The notes below the pieces were generated by a model, which had not been told where the DNA came from, did not search any database, and saw only the letters and a list, made by a program, of their open reading frames with translations. A program made the translations under genes and the position numbers. Below, in pieces: positions 1-9,091 of a DNA stretch of 64,000 nt. Where the stretch lies: the NCBI GenBank assembly GCA_041654895.1, contig JBAZCR010000004.1, forward strand, positions 1,188 through 65,187. Direction: 5' to 3'. Within the stretch, counting starts at the first letter, position 1, and every line of letters starts with the position of its first letter. This DNA is from Candidatus Pacearchaeota archaeon (GTDB taxonomy: Archaea; Nanobdellota; Nanobdellia; Pacearchaeales; GW2011-AR1).

Positions 1-79
1 AATTATGGTTTGTCATTATTAAAATCGAAGTAGAATGGGAGAGACAAGATTAAAAGAAAAGAAAAGTTTAACTTCAGAC

Positions 80-108
80 TTGACTTCACTGTCTACATGA
101 TGTATATT
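80..108 (+). promoter_or_regulatory. early promoter cassette copy 1
   Basis: TTGACT (80-85), 17 nt spacer, TATATT (103-108), then conserved leader AGTACTAGAGATTAAG...AAGGAG. Confidence 0.75.
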
Positions 109-151
109 AGTACTAGAGATTAAGGAAAACATTCAACACAAGGAGTACCAA

Positions 152-991
152 ATGTCCAGATCAATGATAACCAACACCAAAGTAAAATGTGAGATTGAGA
201 AACTCATTGAGATGTTCAAGAGCCCAGAGTCGTTGGAACTTGTTGCCAAAGGTATGTTCTCACGTGGTGCTAATATTCCATCTGATAATTGGTCATATCT
301 CAATCGCATTATTATGTTGTCTCATGGGTATACTGATGCTAGAGGCTTCAAGGCTTGGGGCAAGGTAGGTAGACAATGTAGTAAGGGTGGTTGTTTTTAT
401 ATTCTTGCTCCTAATCTGTTCAAGAAAAAGGTAGTCAACAAAAAGACTAATATTGAGGAAGAAAAGACTATCCTTGCTGGTTTCAGACCAATCCCTGTCT
501 GGCCTTTGGAAAATACTACTGGCAAAGAAGTCACTTATAAAGATCAAGATAAGATGCCTGACTTTATGGGAATTGAGATTGCAGAAAAATGGGGAATCAA
601 AATCACACAAGGATTTCAGAATCCATCATACTATGCTTACTATTCACCAATAAGAAAAGAAATCAAGATGGCTACTGCATCTCAGCAGACGTTCTTTCAC
701 GAACTTGCTCACGCTGCTGATGATAGATTGAATAAGAATCTCAAGGGTGGTCAGGACCCTATACAAGAAATTGTAGCAGAGACTTCTGCTGTTGTCCTTA
801 TGTCAATGTTAGGACTCAAGGCAGGAACTAAAAATGCTTATGATTATGTAAAACGCTATGCCAATCAGAGTGGTAAAGACCCTGCTGATTCCATCATTCC
901 ACTTATTAGTAGAATTGGTAAGATCATCAAGCTTATCCTTGATGAATCCGATTCATTGCAGAAGACCTATAAAAAGGTTGCTAAGAAATAA
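152..991 (+). CDS. ArdC-like antirestriction protein (ssDNA-binding-like N-terminus + HExxH metallopeptidase motif)
   Basis: AAGGAG RBS upstream; FFHELAHAADD contains HExxH; N-terminal YLNRIIM...GFKAWGKVGRQCSKG resembles the ArdC N domain (from memory). Confidence 0.5.
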   Translation: MSRSMITNTKVKCEIEKLIEMFKSPESLELVAKGMFSRGANIPSDNWSYLNRIIMLSHGYTDARGFKAWGKVGRQCSKGGCFYILAPNLFKKKVVNKKTNIEEEKTILAGFRPIPVWPLENTTGKEVTYKDQDKMPDFMGIEIAEKWGIKITQGFQNPSYYAYYSPIRKEIKMATASQQTFFHELAHAADDRLNKNLKGGQDPIQEIVAETSAVVLMSMLGLKAGTKNAYDYVKRYANQSGKDPADSIIPLISRIGKIIKLILDESDSLQKTYKKVAKK

Positions 992-1033
992 TCTCTGGGA
1001 AGTTTCGTTGAATGTACTTCCCACCCCCGAGGT

Positions 1034-1072
1034 CCGGAGAGTTTCGTTGAATGTACTCTCTGGATCTTTTTA
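1034..1072 (+). terminator. rho-independent terminator (second of two tandem hairpins)
   Basis: 9-bp stem CCGGAGAGT/ACTCTCTGG (one G-U), 12-nt loop, then ATCTTTTTA; first hairpin is at 997-1022. Confidence 0.55.
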
Positions 1073-1081
1073 TATATTCGC

Positions 1082-1110
1082 TTGACTTCACTGTCTACAT
1101 GATGTATATT
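1082..1110 (+). promoter_or_regulatory. early promoter cassette copy 2
   Basis: TTGACT 1082-1087, 17 nt, TATATT 1105-1110, same leader as copy 1. Confidence 0.75.
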
Positions 1111-1156
1111 AGTACTAGAGATTAAGAGAACAAACATTTAACATAAGGAGTTTTAA

Positions 1157-1393
1157 ATGACTAAGAAAATCGATATACATATAACTAGATTTTATAATCT
1201 TAATATCCCTGAGGCTTGGATTGAAGTGACGGATAGAAAGACTTTTGATTCTTTTATCATTACCATTAAAAAAGATGGTGTTGATATAGAGTTCTCTAGT
1301 GACTCAGGGTCTAGGTCTTATTTCTTCTTTAATGATTTTGAACTACTTGATACTATTGCTCTACTCAGAAAAGAAATGTCAGAACTTGCTTGA
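1157..1393 (+). CDS. hypothetical early protein
   Basis: AAGGAG RBS; follows promoter copy 2; a degenerate copy of its 3' part lies at 2272-2400. Confidence 0.6.
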   Translation: MTKKIDIHITRFYNLNIPEAWIEVTDRKTFDSFIITIKKDGVDIEFSSDSGSRSYFFFNDFELLDTIALLRKEMSELA

Positions 1394-1418
1394 CTTCACT
1401 GCTACCAAGATGTATATT
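1390..1418 (+). promoter_or_regulatory. early promoter cassette copy 3
   Basis: TTGACT 1390-1395, 17 nt, TATATT 1413-1418; overlaps the stop of the preceding ORF. Confidence 0.75.
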
Positions 1419-1463
1419 AGTACTAGAGATTAAGAGAACAAACATTTAACAAAGGATTTAAAG

Positions 1464-1751
1464 ATGAGTTTTTTTGAAATGTTCATAATGGTTTTGGTTG
1501 TTTTCATAGTAGGACTATTTATCATAAGGACTCTTTGGTCACTGCTTCCCCTGTTGATTGTACTGACTCTGGTTGTCCTTGTTGCCTGGGGATTATATAA
1601 GGCACCCTCGGTATATAATGGCATTGTGAACTGGAGTAAGAATACTGTTAAGGGAACAATAGAATTTATAGAGACTAAACATAATGAGACTACAGAAGAT
1701 GATATCATAAATCTTATTAACTCCACAAAAGAAAGATTCCCAAAGAAATAA
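1464..1751 (+). CDS. small membrane protein
   Basis: Two long hydrophobic stretches (MVLVVFIVGLFII, LLPLLIVLTLVVLVAWGL); follows promoter copy 3. Confidence 0.6.
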   Translation: MSFFEMFIMVLVVFIVGLFIIRTLWSLLPLLIVLTLVVLVAWGLYKAPSVYNGIVNWSKNTVKGTIEFIETKHNETTEDDIINLINSTKERFPKK

Positions 1752-1873
1752 TCATCATGGACAACCAAGATAAAATCAAACATGCAAAATTAAGAGGTGG
1801 TAGACCAACTACCCCACACAAAAATAAGAAACAATACAACAGAAAAAAAGAAAAGAAAAGACTAAATTCAGAC

Positions 1874-1902
1874 TTGACTTCACTGCTTGCATAATATATA
1901 TT
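1874..1902 (+). promoter_or_regulatory. early promoter cassette copy 4
   Basis: TTGACT 1874-1879, 17 nt, TATATT 1897-1902. Confidence 0.75.
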
Positions 1903-1947
1903 AGTACTAGAGATTAAGAGAGTAAACATTCAACAAAGGAAGTATAA

Positions 1948-2256
1948 ATGGAAACCAAAGATGTAAACCTTGATACTGCTATTTTTGTCGCTGAATTGGT
2001 GATTGACATCTTTGAAAAAGAGTTCCCAGAAGACAAACGGCCTCGGAACGCAATCAAGGCAGCACGAGAATATTTATCTAATAAAGATAATACGGCTGCT
2101 CGTGCGGCTGTTGATGAGGCGACTGATATGGCGGCTGATGCGGCACGTGATGTGGCTGCTTATGCAGTTTGTGCGGCTGATCCGGCTCGTGTGAATGATG
2201 CGGCTGACGCGGTGGCTTATGTGTCTCGGTTGATGCGGATTATACAAAAATCATAA
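1948..2256 (+). CDS. Ala/Asp-rich helical protein, Imm-5-like; paralog of 9669..10043
   Basis: EDKRPRNAIKAAREYL followed by an ARAAVDEA...AADAARD helix pattern; local GC far above the genome (37/60 in 2101-2160); family name from memory. Confidence 0.5.
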   Translation: METKDVNLDTAIFVAELVIDIFEKEFPEDKRPRNAIKAAREYLSNKDNTAARAAVDEATDMAADAARDVAAYAVCAADPARVNDAADAVAYVSRLMRIIQKS

Positions 2257-2271
2257 ATTATGGCCTGTCAT

Positions 2272-2400
2272 CATTAAAAAAGATTGGGTTGGTATAGAGT
2301 TCCCAAGTGTTCAGGGTCCAGGGCTTGTTTCTTCATCGATGATTTTGAACTAATAGATACTATCAATACCCTGAAAAAAGAAGTACAAGAAATTGCTTGA
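2272..2400 (+). pseudogene. degenerate partial duplicate of the 3' part of ORF 1157..1393
   Basis: Aligns base-for-base by eye with about 1264-1393, with substitutions and a 1-nt deletion; no start codon; ends in promoter copy 5. Confidence 0.6.
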
Positions 2401-2425
2401 CTTCACTGCCACCAAGATGTATATT
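2397..2425 (+). promoter_or_regulatory. early promoter cassette copy 5 (short-leader variant)
   Basis: TTGACT 2397-2402, 17 nt, TATATT 2420-2425; leader is AGTACTACATTCAACAAA. Confidence 0.7.
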
Positions 2426-2499
2426 AGTACTACATTCAACAAAAGATGTTATTGATAATGTTATTGAACACCCAACATATTCTAACAAATGAGGTATTG

Positions 2500-2967
2500 A
2501 TGAAAACCGAAATAAGAAAAGTTCCTAAACAGAAAGTAATTGAGGATGGATTTGAAGATAAAGAAATTTATATTGCTTATGATGGAAGAGAATTTGATTC
2601 AAAGGATCAAGCAATTAAATATGAAGATGTTTTAAATTTTAAAAAGGAATTTATAAAAAAATATTCATATTCAACAATGGAACTAGATGATCGATATCAC
2701 ATACTTCACATGGATAATGATTCACACTTAAATAGAAATAACAGATTGATTCGGCATGAATTAAGAAACGAATTGAGACAATTCTTTGGGAATTATACAG
2801 GATCAAGGTTTGACATTGAAAAACTAAAAAAAGGATGGAATTTCATTGTTGACAATGAAACTTATGTTAGTATTACATATCCAAGTGAATTAATTACATT
2901 ATATGAAAAAGAAATTAAATTGAATAAAAAATACATTGAACAGATATCCAATCATATTAATCAATAA
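2500..2967 (+). CDS. hypothetical protein
   Basis: ATG at 2500 preceded by GAGG; the track ORF starts earlier at 2446. Confidence 0.55.
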   Translation: MKTEIRKVPKQKVIEDGFEDKEIYIAYDGREFDSKDQAIKYEDVLNFKKEFIKKYSYSTMELDDRYHILHMDNDSHLNRNNRLIRHELRNELRQFFGNYTGSRFDIEKLKKGWNFIVDNETYVSITYPSELITLYEKEIKLNKKYIEQISNHINQ

Positions 2968-2977
2968 TGGGAGTTAA

Positions 2978-3103
2978 ATGAAGGTATCACAAGATATATA
3001 TAAAATGTGTAAACAGATGTTTAGTGTTTTGGAAATAGAATCTTTTGATTGTCTTGATGAATTAGTAATTGATAATATAAAGGAGGTAAAATGTATATCG
3101 TAA
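2978..3103 (+). CDS. small hypothetical protein (41 aa)
   Basis: Hand-translated; GGGAG RBS; below the track length cutoff. Confidence 0.3.
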   Translation: MKVSQDIYKMCKQMFSVLEIESFDCLDELVIDNIKEVKCIS

Positions 3104-3234
3104 TCGAAACTTTCCCCATACAATACGCTCATATAGTACTTGATGAAGACGGAGAACCAAAACTATTCCTCACTCTTGAAGAAGCTGAGAAAGAAAAATC
3201 AGAACTTCACGATGGAAAGATTGTTGAACTATGA
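3091..3234 (+). CDS. small hypothetical protein (47 aa)
   Basis: Hand-translated; strong AAGGAGG RBS 5 nt upstream of the ATG. Confidence 0.4.
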   Translation: MYIVIETFPIQYAHIVLDEDGEPKLFLTLEEAEKEKSELHDGKIVEL

Positions 3235-3423
3235 AACATACAAAAGATAAACAACAAAAGAAACTCGCTATACAGATCATATAAGCAAAGAGTCTACACC
3301 AAACGATCTCATCTAGATAATGCTCATATAAAGAATGTGTGGATACAATATATTATAATATTACACTGATAGAAAGATGTATATTATAGTACTACACTGA
3401 AAAAAAGATGTACTAGAAATTGC

Positions 3424-3452
3424 TTGACTTCACTGCCACCAAGATGTATATT
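3424..3452 (+). promoter_or_regulatory. early promoter cassette copy 6
   Basis: TTGACT 3424-3429, 17 nt, TATATT 3447-3452; partial degenerate promoter fragments lie just upstream (3370-3420). Confidence 0.75.
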
Positions 3453-3481
3453 AGTACTAGAGATTAAGAAAGGAGTTTGAT

Positions 3482-4540
3482 ATGTTTATTACGTTTACTA
3501 AAATTAGAGATTATAAGTCTATTATTGGGGATATCATTCATACAGCAAGATTTGTTGGAATTGATGAGTCTGGTGAACCTATGTATGATAATGATAAAGA
3601 ACTTCCAACACTTACTTTTACTGGCACTTGTAAGCTTCATGGTACTAATGCCAGTGTAGTTCGTTCTCCTAATGGAGACATTTATTTTCAGAGTCGTAGG
3701 GCTGTAATAACACCAATGAAGGACAATGCTGGATTTGCTTTTTTTGCAAAGAGTAATGAATCTATTTTTAATGATTTTTTTGATAAGATCGTTGATAGAT
3801 ATAAAGATTCGAGTGACAAACACATTGCAATTTTTGGTGAATGGTGTGGTGGTAATATTCAGAAGGGAGTTGCAATTTCTGGATTACCTAAGATGTTTGT
3901 AATCTTTGCAGTTAAACTTTCCGAAGAAATTGATGGAGAGATGGTATCTGAATATTTACCAAATCAGTTTTGGAAAGATTTAAATTTTCCAGAATTTAAT
4001 ATTTATAACATTTATGATTTTAAGACTTATAGTATTGATATTGATTTTAATACTCCAAAATATTTTATTAATAAGTTAGTAGAATATACACTTGAAGTCG
4101 AAGATAAGTGTCCTGTTGGGACTCATTTTGGTCGTAGTAGTATTAATGGAGACAATGTAACTGGAGAAGGGATTGTTTGGGAGACTTGGTATAAAGGTAA
4201 TCGGATTATCTTTAAGACTAAGGGTGAAAAACATTCTAGCTCTAAGGTCAAGAAGATTGTTTCAGTAGATACCGAAAAATTAGATTCTATTATGGAATTT
4301 ATTGATTATTCAGTTACCGAGAATCGTTTAAACCAGGCAATTGAACAGGTATTTACTATTAGATCAGTTGAGCCTCATAAGAAACATACTGGGGATTTTA
4401 TTAAATGGATTCATAATGATATTATTGAGGAAGAGTCTGATGTTCTGAATGCAAATGGTTTAGAGTATAAGGATGTTAATAAGGAAATATCTATTAAAGC
4501 AAAAAATTGGTTTTTCAAATATCTCGATTCATTAATTTAA
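3482..4540 (+). CDS. RNA ligase (Rnl2/DraRnl-type nucleotidyltransferase)
   Basis: Motif I KLHGTN, FGEWCGGNIQKG, motif IV EGIVWE, motif V FKTKG. Confidence 0.7.
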   Translation: MFITFTKIRDYKSIIGDIIHTARFVGIDESGEPMYDNDKELPTLTFTGTCKLHGTNASVVRSPNGDIYFQSRRAVITPMKDNAGFAFFAKSNESIFNDFFDKIVDRYKDSSDKHIAIFGEWCGGNIQKGVAISGLPKMFVIFAVKLSEEIDGEMVSEYLPNQFWKDLNFPEFNIYNIYDFKTYSIDIDFNTPKYFINKLVEYTLEVEDKCPVGTHFGRSSINGDNVTGEGIVWETWYKGNRIIFKTKGEKHSSSKVKKIVSVDTEKLDSIMEFIDYSVTENRLNQAIEQVFTIRSVEPHKKHTGDFIKWIHNDIIEEESDVLNANGLEYKDVNKEISIKAKNWFFKYLDSLI

Positions 4541-4596
4541 AGGAGTATTCATACGATGGAACAAGAAAAGAAAATATATAAAATAAAATAAAAGAC

Positions 4597-4625
4597 TTGA
4601 CTTCACTGTCTACATGATGTATATT
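4597..4625 (+). promoter_or_regulatory. early promoter cassette copy 7 (short-leader variant)
   Basis: TTGACT 4597-4602, 17 nt, TATATT 4620-4625; only a 7-codon ORF follows. Confidence 0.7.
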
Positions 4626-4910
4626 AGTACTACATTCAACAAAGGAAGTTCAAGTATGTATAAACCATTATCAGTTTAAGAGGTACTACCCATCTGATCT
4701 TAAATAAAAGGTATTAGTAATTGACTACGGGTATCTGATATCTAATATAAGGAATCCTGTAGTCTCTTCTGTTCTCTCATATGTATATAGAGTAATATAG
4801 GGCAGTACTAAGGGAACTGGTATATGATTATAGGGGACTAGGGGTATATTTGAAAAGCTTGGGATATGTATATATGGGGGACTTTAGGGTATTATCGTAG
4901 GGGGTCATGA

Positions 4911-5083
4911 AAAATTTCCAGAAAATTTTTTGAGTCTTCTGAGAATGAGGTTACATATTTTTTGTTTTTTGATTTTGTTTAAATTTGGGAAAGGTAAAAA
5001 GTTTTGGAAAATAGTGATATAAACGTATATTATTACGTGCATAAAATTTCCAGAAAAATTTTTTTTACTTCTAAGAATGAGGT
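4911..5083 (+). repeat. two 41-bp direct repeats (4911-4951, 5043-5083)
   Basis: AAAATTTCCAGAAAA(A)TTTTTT..CTTCT.AGAATGAGGT occurs twice; each copy contains an A/T-only 8-bp palindromic arm pair. Confidence 0.7.
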
Positions 5084-5403
5084 ATGTATTTGTAGGGAGA
5101 GTGATCGAATTGTTTCTCGTATAACAGATTCATTGGTTAATTCTTTTCACATGTGAGTATATCGGGATTATATATTGGATAGATTCGTTTAGGTATCAGC
5201 CCTATATAGTGTGTGTCGGACTCTTTTGTTTGAGAAGAGTACTCGTAGGATAATATCTAATATATTGCAGAAGAGTTTATGGATAAGGTATATTATTTAG
5301 TTTTATATTTGGACAATGATGATAATATGGGTATGTTGGGATAGTATATATGTCAACTATACTGAAAAGAAGATTTAGTAAACCTATACGAAAAAGAGGA
5401 TAT

Positions 5404-6120
5404 ATGATATATTTAACTGGAGATATACACGGAAGTTTTGATATACATAAATTAAGTTCTGATTATTTTCCTGATGGAAAGAATTTAACTAAGTCCGATT
5501 ATCTGATTATTTTGGGTGATTTTGGATTAGTATGGAAGAGATATCCATCAGATGACGAAAAGTATTGGTTAAATTGGTTAAGTAATAAGCCTTGGACTAC
5601 ATTAGTGGTGCCTGGGAATCACGAAAATTGGGATTTGATTTATGAATTGCCTGAGGAGGAAAAATTTGGTTCAAGGATTCGTAAGGTCAATGATTCTGTA
5701 TATATGTTTAATCGTGGAGAAATTTATACCATAGATGGTTCTACTTTTTTCACAATGGGTGGAGCTTATAGTATAGATAAGTTGCAACGAACCGCAGGTA
5801 TGACTTGGTGGGATCGGGAGCAGCCATCATATTCTGAATATATGTATGGTTTAGATAATTTGGAAAAGAATGGATGGAAAGTGGATTATATTTTAGGTCA
5901 TACTTGTCCAAAGAGTGTAGCGAATGAGTATTGTAATATTCATACATTAAGCAAAGATTTATTACATAAGTGTTTTGTAATGAAATATTTTGATGAAGTG
6001 GTGAGTAAGACTAAGTTTAAAGCTTTTTATTTTGGTCATTGGCACGATGATATGGAGTTATCCTTAAATGATAACCGATATATTATGATGTATTATGGGA
6101 TTAAAAAATTAGGGGATTAA
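5404..6120 (+). CDS. calcineurin-like metallophosphoesterase
   Basis: GDIHG, GDFG, GNHENW and GHWH motifs; ATG at 5404 preceded by AGAGGA (track start is 5350). Confidence 0.75.
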   Translation: MIYLTGDIHGSFDIHKLSSDYFPDGKNLTKSDYLIILGDFGLVWKRYPSDDEKYWLNWLSNKPWTTLVVPGNHENWDLIYELPEEEKFGSRIRKVNDSVYMFNRGEIYTIDGSTFFTMGGAYSIDKLQRTAGMTWWDREQPSYSEYMYGLDNLEKNGWKVDYILGHTCPKSVANEYCNIHTLSKDLLHKCFVMKYFDEVVSKTKFKAFYFGHWHDDMELSLNDNRYIMMYYGIKKLGD

Positions 6121-6127
6121 AAAATGC

Positions 6128-6156
6128 TTGACTTCATTAGTTCCATTAATTATATT
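6128..6156 (+). promoter_or_regulatory. early promoter copy 8 (divergent leader)
   Basis: TTGACT 6128-6133, 17 nt, TATATT 6151-6156. Confidence 0.65.
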
Positions 6157-6201
6157 AAAGGTATGAATTGAAGTTAAAACCTTAAACATAAGGAGTCACG
6201 T

Positions 6202-6465
6202 ATGGATGAAAGAGAAAATAATGATGAATTATGGCAGGATATTCGATATTTTATGGAGAAGCTCGCCAAGATGGGATTTGGTAACATTAATCATCCCAGT
6301 AATAGTTGTCCTGATATACCATATCATTTTACTCAGCAGGAATTAGATATTAGGGAAAGAAGAGACACCGTTATAAATGGTGATGATATTCATAACTTAA
6401 AAATATCTCTTGGTTTGTATGAGAGCAATAAAATTACATTTGAAGAAATGTTAAATTCCATTTGA
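6202..6465 (+). CDS. hypothetical protein
   Basis: AAGGAG RBS. Confidence 0.55.
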   Translation: MDERENNDELWQDIRYFMEKLAKMGFGNINHPSNSCPDIPYHFTQQELDIRERRDTVINGDDIHNLKISLGLYESNKITFEEMLNSI

Positions 6466-6509
6466 GATATTAATAGTTGCAACACATTATTACTTGAATA
6501 AAGGAGTAT

Positions 6510-6965
6510 ATGTTTATGTTTGTGTACAAGGGTGTTGAATACAAGTCTAAGGCAGAGGCAGTTAGAGTTTTTTATGATAATGGTAAGTTGTTAGATACTC
6601 CTGAATCTAAGAAAAAGTATGCCAAAGAATTTGGGATGACTGTTCAATCCGTTCACGGAAGGATACGGAATCATTTATCCAAGACTAATAAGTCGGTAAA
6701 GAAAACAAATCTTAAAAAGAACATTGAGAAAAAGATAGCAGAGAATCTTGTTACTAAGAGATATGATGGAAAGAGAGCAGTATATCCAAACAACACCAAG
6801 TCTGATTCAAAAAAGGAGATACACAGTTCAGACCCACATAAGATATATGTAACTTGGGCACCTAATCCTTGGGGATTGCCTATTACTACTCCTCCTATTC
6901 CAGTAATTGATCCAAAATTTAAAAACGAAGAAGAAGCAAGAGAATTTAACACCATTGAAGATTAA
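6510..6965 (+). CDS. putative DNA-binding protein
   Basis: N-terminus (GVEYKSKAEAVRVF...MTVQSVHGRIRNHL) is similar to the next gene; basic centre. Confidence 0.45.
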   Translation: MFMFVYKGVEYKSKAEAVRVFYDNGKLLDTPESKKKYAKEFGMTVQSVHGRIRNHLSKTNKSVKKTNLKKNIEKKIAENLVTKRYDGKRAVYPNNTKSDSKKEIHSSDPHKIYVTWAPNPWGLPITTPPIPVIDPKFKNEEEAREFNTIED

Positions 6966-6997
6966 TTTTTCACATTTAAAAAGGAGTAAGGTTTATT

Positions 6998-7366
6998 ATG
7001 GCAAAGATTGAATTTGAAGGAAAAGAGTACAAGTCAAGAGCAGAATTGGCAAGAGAATTACTTATGAGAAATACTATGAGAAAATCAGAAATTTCAAAGA
7101 TAACAGGTATTGCAGCTCAAACAGTACATGGAAATTATAAGAGACTTGTTGCATCTGGTAAGATGGAAGATGTTTATCCAGAACTTATTGAAAGATTAGA
7201 TAAAGAAGAGATGGATAAGAGAAATGCTAAGGCGAAAGCAAAAGAGGAAGAGAAGAAGAAAAGAAAAGATGCAAAACTAAGCATTAGAGCAAAAAAGAAA
7301 GAAGCTATTAAAAAGGCGATCTCTAAAACCATTACCAAAAAAGAAACGGTAGAAGAAGTCGAATAG
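6998..7366 (+). CDS. putative DNA-binding protein with Lys-rich tail
   Basis: GKEYKSRAELAREL...IAAQTVHGNYKRLV parallels the 6510 gene; AAGGAG RBS. Confidence 0.45.
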   Translation: MAKIEFEGKEYKSRAELARELLMRNTMRKSEISKITGIAAQTVHGNYKRLVASGKMEDVYPELIERLDKEEMDKRNAKAKAKEEEKKKRKDAKLSIRAKKKEAIKKAISKTITKKETVEEVE

Positions 7367-7392
7367 TATTCAATTTACATTTATGCAATATG

Positions 7393-7422
7393 AAAGGATT
7401 ATAATTAATTTTATAATCCTTT
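7393..7422. terminator. bidirectional terminator hairpin between convergent genes
   Basis: 12-bp stem AAAGGATTATAA/TTATAATCCTTT with a 6-nt loop and a T-run after it. Confidence 0.65.
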
Positions 7423-7423
7423 T

Positions 7424-7948
7424 TTATTTGAATATTAAAAAATTACTGTGAATTATTTCAGAATGGTTATATTTGGTAGCAAGTGTTGAATTGAAGGAAG
7501 TATTGATACTATGCTTATATATGATGTTATCTGATAGGAAAAACCCCCCATATTGAAAGACTTGTTTAACTTCAAAGGTTCCCAATAGTCTTCCTTTGAT
7601 TCGGAAGTCATTAGCTTTAACTATAATAATCCCATTATGATTTTTAATTTTTTTGAAGGTTTTAATTTTCTCTTTAATATCATTAAGATATGAATTATTT
7701 TTTGGAGTTTCATATATAATAACATCATATTGTTTATCTTTAACAAATCCTGACAAGTTCCTTGTTTTATCAATACTGAATCGAATATTATCCGAGGTAT
7801 TCCAACACAAAAAAGATGTCATATCTAGAAGACTTGGTTTATAATTTTTATGTGAATCACCCACATATGTTTCTAGTATAGACAACATTGCTAAGTTAAT
7901 ATTTTTATTTTCTATTATTGATTTTAATTGAGTGTGATAACCTATCAT
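7424..7948 (-). CDS. hypothetical protein
   Basis: ORF only; no confident motif. Confidence 0.5.
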   Translation of the reverse strand: MIGYHTQLKSIIENKNINLAMLSILETYVGDSHKNYKPSLLDMTSFLCWNTSDNIRFSIDKTRNLSGFVKDKQYDVIIYETPKNNSYLNDIKEKIKTFKKIKNHNGIIIVKANDFRIKGRLLGTFEVKQVFQYGGFFLSDNIIYKHSINTSFNSTLATKYNHSEIIHSNFLIFK

Positions 7949-8007
7949 ATGAAGATATTCTCTAGTCCTTTTACTACGTTTATATTTTTGTTTTGTTCAG
8001 AAAAATA

Positions 8008-8406
8008 TTAAAGAAGCACTCCCCGAAGAAAACGAAAATGTCCGGCATCATCTACGAATACATCAATATTTTCATTTACTAAGGTTTGTTTCTTTTCTTT
8101 ATTTGAAACTACAATCACTTTATCTACTACAGGAAATAATCGTTTAACCATATCAATAGTATCTTTTTCTATTTCAGAAGGTCTTGCAGTAATTACTATT
8201 AATTTATAACCAAGTCTTTTCCATATATTTAGTGATCTTTTAACACCTTTAAGTGCAGGAACATAGCAATTGTATTCGGGAAGTTTAAATCGTCTGAGGA
8301 TTTCTGTTCTTACCTCAGATGGAAGTTCTCTGCCATACTCATCTAATGTATCTTGTACTATATTAGTATAGATTAATGTATTATCTAAATCAAGTCCGAT
8401 GTTCAT
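8008..8406 (-). CDS. HAD-superfamily phosphatase / nucleotidase-like
   Basis: N-terminal LDLDNTL (DxDxT) motif; later VFVDDA. Confidence 0.6.
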   Translation of the reverse strand: MNIGLDLDNTLIYTNIVQDTLDEYGRELPSEVRTEILRRFKLPEYNCYVPALKGVKRSLNIWKRLGYKLIVITARPSEIEKDTIDMVKRLFPVVDKVIVVSNKEKKQTLVNENIDVFVDDAGHFRFLRGVLL

Positions 8407-8418
8407 AAATAGTTCCTT

Positions 8419-8679
8419 TTAATATGGGTCTTTTTCTCCTAGAAGAACTTTAGCACTATCACTAACAGATAAATTTTTCTTCCAAGCTTTTTTTCCATAA
8501 TCGTTAATATAGAATCCTGGTCCAATCAAGTCAAATGCAGTAGGTGGAGAGAATTGTTTTTCTAATTTACCTATATTACATTTGGGACATACTTCTGGTG
8601 GTTTTTCGTAATTAAGGGTATATTCATTTACAAAATCACAATTATCACATTTAAACGAATGAGTTCCAATCTCGGACAT
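8419..8679 (-). CDS. FmdB-type zinc-ribbon protein
   Basis: CDNC...CPKC pairs; ATG at 8679 preceded by AGGAGG (track start 8721 is less likely). Confidence 0.6.
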   Translation of the reverse strand: MSEIGTHSFKCDNCDFVNEYTLNYEKPPEVCPKCNIGKLEKQFSPPTAFDLIGPGFYINDYGKKAWKKNLSVSDSAKVLLGEKDPY

Positions 8680-8692
8680 CCACAACCTCCTA

Positions 8693-9091
8693 TTATTTCG
8701 ATTTTTTCTGTACATACTCATGGGGAATTGCTTTAAGATTTTTTAGTTGATTCTTTAATTGTGCATTAATAGATTCGATATTTTTTCTTGTTGCTGATTC
8801 CATTTCAGATTCTAATTCTTTATTAATATTTATACTTTCTTGAATATCAGAATGTATTTTCAATAAATCTTGTTTAAGTATTACTAAATGTTGAGAAGTC
8901 TTATGGATTTTTTCTATATTCTCAGACAACCGTTTAGTAATATTATTTTGTCTATCATAAATTGTTTGATTTACTTGAGCAAATTTACCAATTAAATATC
9001 CTAAAGAATTAATCGATTGATTAAAATGTCTAAGTATAAAAAACAATACCAAAATTAAAACAGAAAGTAATGCAACTCCAACATAAAACAT
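8693..9091 (-). CDS. membrane-anchored coiled-coil protein
   Basis: N-terminal hydrophobic helix; AAGGAG RBS. Confidence 0.5.
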   Translation of the reverse strand: MFYVGVALLSVLILVLFFILRHFNQSINSLGYLIGKFAQVNQTIYDRQNNITKRLSENIEKIHKTSQHLVILKQDLLKIHSDIQESININKELESEMESATRKNIESINAQLKNQLKNLKAIPHEYVQKKSK

